NCBI GenBank assembly: GCA_963752475.1
Contig: CAVVYR010000006.1
Span: 704,001 to 768,000, forward strand
DNA from: an uncultured Chloroflexia bacterium
GTDB taxonomy: Bacteria; Chloroflexota; Limnocylindria; Limnocylindrales; CSP1-4
Length of the DNA stretch: 64,000 nucleotides
Direction: 5' to 3'
The position numbers were made by a program, and so were the translations under genes. Below the pieces are notes generated by a model. The model was not told the DNA's origin and made no database searches. It saw nothing but the letters and a program-made list of their open reading frames with translations. Shown here piece by piece: positions 30,101-37,838 of the stretch (the first letter of the stretch is position 1; the number at the start of each line of letters is the position of its first letter).

Positions 30101-30758
30101 TCCTGGGATACACGCCCGAGCAGGCCCAGGCCGAGGCGGCACGTTGCCTCGACTGCCACACCATCTGCAGCCTGTGCGTCGGCGTCTGTCCGAACATGGC
30201 GCTGATGACCTACGAGTCACAGCCATTCACCGACCGCCCTGCCGATCCTGCGCGTCGAGGAAGGCGAGATCGTCAACGGCGAACGGCGCGCCTATCGAGC
30301 AGAGCAAGGACTCCAGATCGCGGTGCAGACCGACTTCTGCAACGAGTGTGGCAACTGCGTGACGGCCTGTCCCACGTCGGGTGAGCCGTACCGCGACAAG
30401 CCGCGGCTCTACCTTGACCGCGCGGACTTCGAAGCCCAGGCCGACAACGCCTTCATGCTGCTCGACGACGGTGCCATCGAGGGACGCTTCGGCGGGGAGA
30501 CACACCGCCTGTCGATGAATGGGCCGTGGAGTACGAGGCGCCGGCCTTGAGCGCGAGGCTCGAGCCGGGCTCCTCTGGACCTGCTGGAGGTCGAGTCGAG
30601 ATGTAGACGCCGACGCTGGCTCGATCTCGCTGGAACCGGCGGCCACGATGTACGTCCTGGCGCGTGGACTGCGAGGATTCCATGGAAGCACTTGCCCCGT
30701 GCATCGACTGACGAAGGAGATGGCACTCTGGCGCCCGACCGCCCGACCACCGAGGTAG
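27198..30758 (+). CDS. ygfK: YgfK-like Fe-S flavoprotein (DHODH-like barrel + GltD-like + ferredoxin); frameshifts at about 27865 and 30235-30700; end approximate
   Basis: MGDRFHP, GVAAGPHTQMAQNI, ELKT, GYNVEWS, LSTMHGCPPDEIE, KLSNT, CxxCP, GAGPAGL, GAGDTAMD, CNECGNC. Confidence 0.82.
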
Positions 30759-30835
30759 ACCTCAGGGCTGGCAATCCCCCGAATGGGGCCGGCGACGGGC
30801 TTGTATATACGCGCTGCGCTAGGCTGGTCGTCACA

Positions 30836-30893
30836 GGTGCCTGAGTCCCGGGCTGCCGGAGCGACGCAGGTCTTGGGAGGGATCCAGGCACCG
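30836..30893 (+). promoter_or_regulatory. Structured 5' leader of RTX paralog P4
   Basis: GGTGCCTG-AG-TCCC pairs with GGGA-TC-CAGGCACC just before the ATG; internal GGAGCGACGCAG. Confidence 0.55.
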
Positions 30894-31861
30894 ATGCGAA
30901 CCACCCGACTCCGCCACGTACTCGCGGTAGTCACCGCGGCCGCGGTGCTGGCCATCGATGACCGCGGCCACGGTGGCGAGCCCCGCCAGTGCGGCCAAGC
31001 CCAAGATGCCAGGGCAAGGTGGCCACAATCGTCGGCACCCGGAAGAGCCGAGCTCATCGGCGGCACCGCCGAGCGCGACATCATCGTCGCCCATGGCGGC
31101 AACGACCGGATCTACGGCCGAGGCGGCAACGACCTCATCTGTGCCGGCACCGGCAACGACCTCGTCGTCGGTGGCCCCGGCGCCGACATCCTCTGGGGCC
31201 AGCTCGGCAACGACCGCCTCCACGGTGGTCCCGGTCCCGACTTCCTCGCGGGCCAGGTGGGCGATGACCTGCTCAACGGCGGGATCAGTGTCGACAAGTG
31301 CTTCCAGGGCACCGGCGTCGGGCCAGGTCGTCGAACTGCGAACTGCCCGCCACCGCCCCCGCCCCCGACGCTCGTCGTCGCCTACGCCGACGCCAACCCG
31401 AACCACGCCTACGATGCCGGTGACGTGATGATCGCCGAGATCGTGGACAGCGACCGGAGCGGTGGGGTCAGCGTGACCGACACCATCAACATGGGCCAGT
31501 ACCCAACGAGGCTCGATGCGCGACGCCGGCCCCGGCGCGCATCCGCCAGACGATGGAGCCTTGGCAGGTCAAGTCTCACATCATCACCGCTATCGACGCG
31601 GTGACCGCGAACTGGGTCATCGTCACGGGTGCGGGCGGCACACACAGATGGTTCCGCAAGATCGGCGTCAACAACGATGAGTACCAGGAGAGCGGGTCAG
31701 GCGATGTCTCGGATTTCCGGGATCCATTCGGTGTCGACGTCCCGGACACCGTCGTCCTTCAGCCGAATTCGCCGAGTCGACCGATGAGCGAGGACTACCA
31801 ACTCGAGGCGCCCGGCCGAGGCGATGACTTCTTCATCGATGTGATCTTCTACACTCCCTGA
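30894..31861 (+). CDS. Secreted RTX repeat protein, paralog P4 (several apparent frameshifts)
   Basis: Family motifs distributed across frames; ends GDDFFIDVIFYTP; hairpin at 31882-31917. Confidence 0.8.
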
Positions 31862-31953
31862 CGCACCGATCGGCACGAGCCAGTGAAGGCCCACCCTGTC
31901 GAGGCCGGGCCTTCACTTGTGCTCGCGAGCACGCTAGGATGCAGCGATCGTTC

Positions 31954-32007
31954 GAGGGGCACCGGACCCCGGGGGGCGACGCAGCTACTGGGAGGGTCCC
32001 TCAAGGT
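31954..32007 (+). promoter_or_regulatory. Structured 5' leader of RTX paralog P5
   Basis: GAGGGG...TCCCTC closing stem; GCGACGCAGCTACTGGGAGGGTCCC nearly identical to the P2 leader; TAGGAT -10 upstream. Confidence 0.5.
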
Positions 32008-32971
32008 ATGCGCACCACCAGAATCCGCCATGTGCTGGCCGTGGTCACCGCGGCTGCGGTGCTCGCGAGCGATGACCGCCGCCACCGTGGCCTCCCCCGC
32101 GTCCGCGGCCAAGCCCCGCTGCCAGGGCAAGGTCGCCACCATCGTGGGTACCCGCAAGGCCGACAAGCTCGTCGGCACCGCCAAGCGCGACGTCATCGTG
32201 GCCAAGGGTGGCGCCGACCGCATCTACGGCCGCGGTGGCAACGACCTCATCTGCGCCGGCACGGGCAACGACCTCGTCGTCGGTGGCCCCGGCGCCGACG
32301 TCCTCTGGGGCCAGCTCGGCAACGACCGCCTCCACGGCGGCCCCGGTCCCGACTTCATCGCGGGCCAGGTGGGCAACGACACGCTCAACGGCGGCCTCGG
32401 CGTGGACAAGTGCTTCCAGGGCACCGGTTCCGGGCCCTGGGTCAACTGCGAGATCCCGGTGCCCATCCCACCCGAGCCCCCGACGCTCGTCATCGCCTAC
32501 GCCGACGTCAACACCAACCACGTCTACGATGCGGGCGACGTGATGATCGCCAAGATCGTCGACACCAACGGGGACGGTGCCGTCACCGTGGGTGACATCA
32601 TCAAGATGGGCCAGTACCCCGTGAGTCCTGCGATCATCACCCCCGCCGTGCTCCGTGGGCCCTTCCAGGACTGGAAGGTCAAGCAGCACGTGGTGACGTC
32701 GGTAGGCGTCGAGGCGGACCCGGACTACGTCGAGGTCATGAGCGGCGCGGGACTGGAGCACATCTGGACCCGGGTCGGCGCCACGTATGACGACATCTAC
32801 CAGGAGGAGGACGGGGTCGACACCTCCGCCCTCATCGACGACTTGGATTCCGGCAGCGGAGACGTGATCGTGACCGAGGCCACGCAGAGCCAGCCCACGA
32901 CCGAGCTGGTCGCGGTCTGGGACTTCGGCGACGACGGCTTCCTCGATGTCGACTTCGCCCCTGGGGTGTAG
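32008..32971 (+). CDS. Secreted RTX repeat protein, paralog P5 (one apparent frameshift near 32070)
   Basis: N-terminal half nearly identical to P2; ends GDDGFLDVDF; hairpin at 33012-33037. Confidence 0.85.
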
Positions 32972-33133
32972 GGCCTGACGGGCTGGCGTCGTCCTTCAAG
33001 GATCGAAGAGAAGGCCCGCCCGCCGAAGGGCGGGCCTCGGCCGGTCCGTCTCAGGGGATCGGGGCTTGAAGACTCAGGCTCACCCGTGTCCGATACGCTA
33101 GGTGCTCACCGACCTGACACCGCCGAGGTATCC

Positions 33134-33640
33134 ATGACCGTCCTTGCCGACTACACCGACGAAGAGCAGGAGTTGCTCCGCTCAGCCATCCGATCAGCCG
33201 CGGTGGCGGTCTCGGCGGCGAGTCCCGGGCGCAAGGAAGAGACCGTCAGCGAGGGCTTCGCTGCGGCCGACTACATCCTCAAGAGCCAGCCGGACTTCGT
33301 CGGCAACACGCTCGTGACCTCGATCCTTGTGTGGCTGCAGGCGCAACTGGAGACTGACCACGTGTTCGCGGACTACCTCGCGGTGGCGTCGGCGCCTGGG
33401 GCGCTCGACGAGTCGATGATCGTGCTCGGGCGCGTCGTGCGGCTCCTCGATGAGAAGGCCACCGCAGAGGAGGCCGCCGGCTTCAAGGCCTGGCTGCTGG
33501 CCATCGCCGTGACCGTCGCGCAGGCAGGCAAGGAGGACCAGGGTTTCCTGGGCCGTGGCGGAGTGGTGGTGAATGACGCCGAGCGGTCGGCTTTGGGCTC
33601 GATCGCAACCACGCTCGGGTTGGAGCCGCCCTCGGTCTAG
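33134..33640 (+). CDS. Hypothetical all-helical protein
   Basis: GAGG SD; EEAAGFKAWL...VAQAGKE..GFLG..G..V...E pattern. Confidence 0.75.
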   Translation: MTVLADYTDEEQELLRSAIRSAAVAVSAASPGRKEETVSEGFAAADYILKSQPDFVGNTLVTSILVWLQAQLETDHVFADYLAVASAPGALDESMIVLGRVVRLLDEKATAEEAAGFKAWLLAIAVTVAQAGKEDQGFLGRGGVVVNDAERSALGSIATTLGLEPPSV

Positions 33641-35652
33641 GCCGTCTTCACCCGGCACTCGTCGAGGATGGCCTTGGCTCGTCCCGCCAGCTCGGACCCG
33701 TCGGCCTCGATGGCGTCGATGGCGTCGTAGTAGGCGTTCCAGGCCTGCCGCTCCTCGGCCAGCGCCAGCTGCACCATGCGGGGATCGCCATCGGTCGCCA
33801 ACGCATCGGTCACTCGCTGGGCCGCGAGGGTGGCGTACTCGCGCGCATCGTCGACCTTGCCTGAGCCGAAGAGCCGCAGGGTACGCAGCGCCACCCGCAA
33901 GACGACCAGGGTCTTCGGTGTCGCCGACGCGAAACAGCCGGTGAATGGGTCGAGCAGTCGGTGGCTCTCGGCCTCGTCGATCCCCGTGCGGGCCAGTGCC
34001 GACACATAGGCCGAGAAGACGAGGATGCGGACGTCGTCACCGATGAGCTTGCCGATCTTGGCCGCTTCCATCGACTGGTTTGCGAAGGCCTCCTTGTCGT
34101 GCCGCATGATGAGGCCTGCGGCATGCGCGTATGCCAGTCGAGGTCCGGCCTGGCCCAGAGCTGACAGGAGATAGGCCTGGTCCTCTGCGCGGCCGACCCA
34201 GGTCGGTGTGAACGGACGATGCTTCCGAAGCGCGTCGATACGGATGCCGTTGGTGCCGCCGGTGACGTGGACCCGCTCCAGCGCCCGCGTCCGGCCGTCG
34301 ATGGAAGCTCCGTCGTAACGCTCCATCATCTCCGCTCGCGTCGAGATCGACTGCGGCAATGGACTGAAGAAGACGTGCTCGTCGAGTGCCGGCAGCCGTT
34401 CCGGGATAGGTACGTCCGGCGTGAAGAGGCCATGCCCGATGTCCCGCTCATTGACGAGGGCGCCGGCGAGCATGCCCAGTTCCAGCTCCTCTCCGTCGGC
34501 GGAGCGAGCGGTGGCGCCCCACAGCGGCGTACGCAGGTGCTCGAGCACGGTCTTGCCCGTCTCGGCCTTGAGCACGTCCTGCGGGAAGACCTGATCGAGG
34601 TCGATCTTGAAGGTGGCCCGGACCTCCGACGCGACCGAGGCCTGCCACAACGCAGCCACGGCCTTGAGGAAGCTGTAGTGGCGACCGTAGCGCCCGTCCA
34701 CGCCGACCACGCGCCGCAAGCTCACGGCGACCTCTTCGGCTGGGTCGTGGAGCGCCGGCAGCAGGACCTCGTCCACGAGACGGCGTGTCTCGTCCTCGGT
34801 GACGATGACGACCTCGAGATGCTGCAGGCCGCCGTCACGGGCCAGCTCCGCCTCGACGTACCGTCGGGCGACGCCGGCGAGACCTTCGTGGGTGACGCTC
34901 ACCGAGAGCAGACAGGTGACTCGCGCGGGCTCGTCCTCGGCAGCGATGGCGGCATCGAGACCGCGCAGTCCGTAGAGCAGCTCGTTGGCGGCGGGCTCGA
35001 CGCCGATCTGGATGGGGTGGTCGAACCAGTAGCGCTGCGGTTCGGCCGCGGCGGCTCGGATGGCCTCGCGCAGCTCGGCAGGGTAGGGCAGGGCCTCGAT
35101 GTCGGTCGACTCGTCGGGCACCGTCAGCAGCACGTTGGACGTGAACAGCACCTCTCGCGCGGGGTCTGCGATGGGCTCGGGAGCCGGTTCCTCGATCTCG
35201 ACGGTACGGTGGTGTCGCAGGGCGGAGATGTGCGTGTTCTCGTGATGGCGGATACCGACCGCCTGCGGGAACAGCGCTCGCCAGATGGCCTCGGACGCCT
35301 CTTCGCCCGTGCCTGCCGCGGCCAGGGCGTCAGCAGCCGCGTCCCACTCGCGGGCGAGCTCGGCGTCGCGCTCGAAGGCTTCCTCGAGCTCCGCGTCGAC
35401 GAGGTCGAGGGCGTCGCGGTAGAACGCCGCGACCTCGCCAGCAGCGCTCGGCGGATCCTCGAGGATGCGCTGGGCCTGAGCGTGATCCGGGAGCGACTCG
35501 CCGCCCGCCGCGATGAGGAATGCCGCCGCGACCTGTGCATGTGGGTCGGCGTCATCGCTGAGCCATCGCCCCGCGTGGAACAGCGGCAGGCCGGGCACGC
35601 TGGCGTCAGGGCCGAGGGCGCGAGAGACCAGCGTCGTCAGTCGTGCGTTCAT
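33637..35652 (-). CDS. Large hypothetical protein, possibly GT-A fold
   Basis: Long clean ORF, AAGGA SD; GRHYSFLK, FKIDLDQVFP, HVTGGTNG, GRAEDQAY. Confidence 0.75.
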   Translation of the reverse strand: MNARLTTLVSRALGPDASVPGLPLFHAGRWLSDDADPHAQVAAAFLIAAGGESLPDHAQAQRILEDPPSAAGEVAAFYRDALDLVDAELEEAFERDAELAREWDAAADALAAAGTGEEASEAIWRALFPQAVGIRHHENTHISALRHHRTVEIEEPAPEPIADPAREVLFTSNVLLTVPDESTDIEALPYPAELREAIRAAAAEPQRYWFDHPIQIGVEPAANELLYGLRGLDAAIAAEDEPARVTCLLSVSVTHEGLAGVARRYVEAELARDGGLQHLEVVIVTEDETRRLVDEVLLPALHDPAEEVAVSLRRVVGVDGRYGRHYSFLKAVAALWQASVASEVRATFKIDLDQVFPQDVLKAETGKTVLEHLRTPLWGATARSADGEELELGMLAGALVNERDIGHGLFTPDVPIPERLPALDEHVFFSPLPQSISTRAEMMERYDGASIDGRTRALERVHVTGGTNGIRIDALRKHRPFTPTWVGRAEDQAYLLSALGQAGPRLAYAHAAGLIMRHDKEAFANQSMEAAKIGKLIGDDVRILVFSAYVSALARTGIDEAESHRLLDPFTGCFASATPKTLVVLRVALRTLRLFGSGKVDDAREYATLAAQRVTDALATDGDPRMVQLALAEERQAWNAYYDAIDAIEADGSELAGRAKAILDECRVKTA

Positions 35653-35895
35653 ACGTCCTTCGGGTGGTCGGTCTCGTGGAGCGGTCCGCCCGCGGGGCGG
35701 TCGTCCCAATATGCCACGGATGACATACCGGAACCAGCGCGCTTCGGGTGCGACCAGGTCCCATCCGGCCCCGGCATGCGGAGGTCACGTGGGCTGCCAG
35801 CACGGGCAGCCGAGTGGGAGAGCCGGGCGCCCGTTGCGTCCGGCGCCCCGTTCCTTGATCGCACCTTTGCCTGCGCCTGCTACGGTGGTGTCACC

Positions 35896-36438
35896 ATGAC
35901 GCGCATATCAGTCGGTCGGTCCGTCGTCACTTCGATCGCCACAGCCACGCTGCTGCTCGCGGCCGTCGTCCTGACCAGCGTGGCCCAGGACGCCACTGAG
36001 GATCACCCTGTCGTCGGCCGTTGGTCGATCACCGCGGATGAGGTCGGCGGCGCCGTGTGGGCGTTCCAGCCCAGCGGCGCGTTGGTGGTCTCCGGTCCCG
36101 GTGACGTCCTCTCGAAAGGCACCTGGATGCCGGCGGCTGGGCCGGATGAGTTCGATGCCACGCTCAAGGTGGAGATCACCGGGCAGCAGCTCGAGATCCT
36201 GGCCCAGGTCGCACCCGATGGCACCAGCATCGCGCTCTACGCCACCGCCACCGAGGCCACGCGTCCCGATGACTGGCATCCCTGGCCGGCCGAGTCGCGT
36301 CTCGTCGGGCAGCGCTTCGGGATGATGGTCGAGGAGACGCCCGTGCCGACCGAGTCGCCGGTCGATTGCCTTCGGCCCCAGTGGATCGAAGGTGCGGTCG
36401 ACTGGGATCGCTGTGACGAGGTCACGCCCGAGCCCTAG
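35896..36438 (+). CDS. Secreted hypothetical protein
   Basis: Signal peptide ending SVA-QD; HPVVGRW motif. Confidence 0.7.
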   Translation: MTRISVGRSVVTSIATATLLLAAVVLTSVAQDATEDHPVVGRWSITADEVGGAVWAFQPSGALVVSGPGDVLSKGTWMPAAGPDEFDATLKVEITGQQLEILAQVAPDGTSIALYATATEATRPDDWHPWPAESRLVGQRFGMMVEETPVPTESPVDCLRPQWIEGAVDWDRCDEVTPEP

Positions 36439-36495
36439 GCCCGCTGGCCCCCGGCACCAAGGTCTTGCTTGCCTGTGGCTGATACCCTTGGGCAC

Positions 36496-37119
36496 ATGCC
36501 TAAATCGAATGCCCAAACCGCGGAAGACCGGCCGGCCGGCGGTGATCTGACGCGAGAGCGGCTGCTGGCCGCTACGGCATCGCTCGTGGTCGAACGCGGC
36601 TGGCGTGGTGTGACCACGCGGGCCGTGGCCGACCGGGCCGGGGTCAACCAGGCGCTGGTGCACTATCACTTCGGGTCGGTCGCCAACCTGCGGCGAGAAG
36701 CTGTCATGACGCGCCTTCAACAGGAGACGGGGCGGCTCATCGACGAGCTCCTCGACGAGCGCCCACTGCCCGAGTCCATCCACCGCGTCATGCGCCTGCT
36801 CGATCGCTTCGATCTGAGTACCGACGTCGGCGTGCTCATGGCTGAGGCGATGCTGCAGGTGACGCGCGAACCGGAGATGGCCGATGCCATGGGCGGCGTC
36901 ATGGGTTCCTGGGGCGAGATGCTCGCGCCAAGGCTGGTGGTCGCCCAGGAGCGCGGTGTGGTCCGCGACGACATCCCGGCCGAACGGCTGACCGCGGTCA
37001 TCGCCTCGTTCCTCGACGGCTTCCTCATCCAGCGCATGGCCGACCAGAGCCTCGATGCCACCGCTACCGCCGAGACGCTCATCCGTTTGCTGGAGCCACC
37101 AGGGGAGGAGAGGACATGA
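36496..37119 (+). CDS. TetR family transcriptional regulator
   Basis: TRERLL...[22 protein letters not shown] helix-turn-helix. Confidence 0.92.
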   Translation: MPKSNAQTAEDRPAGGDLTRERLLAATASLVVERGWRGVTTRAVADRAGVNQALVHYHFGSVANLRREAVMTRLQQETGRLIDELLDERPLPESIHRVMRLLDRFDLSTDVGVLMAEAMLQVTREPEMADAMGGVMGSWGEMLAPRLVVAQERGVVRDDIPAERLTAVIASFLDGFLIQRMADQSLDATATAETLIRLLEPPGEERT

Positions 37120-37838
37120 CGACAGACGCCGCTGCACCCGTCATCCGCCTGGAGGACGTCGACAAGACCTTCGGCCAGGGCGATCTGGCGGTTCACGCCC
37201 TGCGCGATGCCTCCGTCGAGATCGAGCGCGGCCAGTTCCTGGTCGTGCTCGGACCATCGGGTTCGGGGAAGACGACGCTGATGAACCTGATCGGCGGCAT
37301 CGAGGCTGTCACGGCCGGCACCATCACCGTCGACCGACACGAGGTCAGTGGGCTCGACGAGGCCGCGCTCACCGAGTACCGCCGCACCGACGTCGGCTTC
37401 GTGTTCCAATTCTTCAACCTCATCCCGACGCTCACGGCGCTCGAGAACGTCCAGCTCGTGGGCGAGCTCGTCGGGGTCGGCGAGCGTGGTGCCACCGAGT
37501 CGCTCGAAGCCGTGGGCCTGGTCGATCGCGCCGGTCGCTTCCCGAGCCTGCTCTCGGGTGGTGAGCAGCAGCGGGTAGCCATCGCCCGGGCGCTGGTGAA
37601 GCGCCCCACGGTGCTGCTTCTCGACGAGCCTACCGGCTCGCTCGATCTGGAGACCGGCCGACAGGTGCTCGGAGCCCTGCGCCGCGCGGCCCGGAGCTTC
37701 GGCTCGACGGTCCTGCTGGTGACGCACAACTCGGCCATCGCCCGGATGGCCGACCGCGTCATCCACCTGCACTCCGGCTCGATCGTGGAGGACCGGCTCC
37801 AGCCCGATCCGGTCGACGCCTCGGAGCTGCAGTGGTGA
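37116..37838 (+). CDS. ABC transporter ATP-binding protein (LolD/MacB-like)
   Basis: [38 protein letters not shown]. Confidence 0.93.
   Translation: MTTDAAAPVIRLEDVDKTFGQGDLAVHALRDASVEIERGQFLVVLGPSGSGKTTLMNLIGGIEAVTAGTITVDRHEVSGLDEAALTEYRRTDVGFVFQFFNLIPTLTALENVQLVGELVGVGERGATESLEAVGLVDRAGRFPSLLSGGEQQRVAIARALVKRPTVLLLDEPTGSLDLETGRQVLGALRRAARSFGSTVLLVTHNSAIARMADRVIHLHSGSIVEDRLQPDPVDASELQW

Noticed and set aside
27850-32080. Multiple frameshifts in ygfK, P4 and P5 as programmed frameshifting, phase variation or pseudogenisation
   Set aside because: They are scattered single-base indels without slippery tracts, clustered by region across unrelated genes whose motifs are otherwise intact. Low-coverage long-read error is the simpler explanation; read polishing would decide.
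8056-32971. Diversity-generating retroelement as the source of RTX C-terminal variability
   Set aside because: No reverse transcriptase and no TR/VR pair differing only at adenines is visible; the variable segments differ at all bases and contain indels.
22808-33037. Downstream hairpins as integron attC sites
   Set aside because: They are short GC stems without RYYYAAC/GTTRRRY ends, and no integron integrase is seen; they fit terminators better.
34219-35895. Long plus-strand ORF (739 aa) and similar antisense ORFs such as 1169-2926, 37847-39418 and 49255-50136
   Set aside because: They are shadow frames of real genes in high-GC DNA; only 35896-36438 of the 739-aa ORF looks coding.
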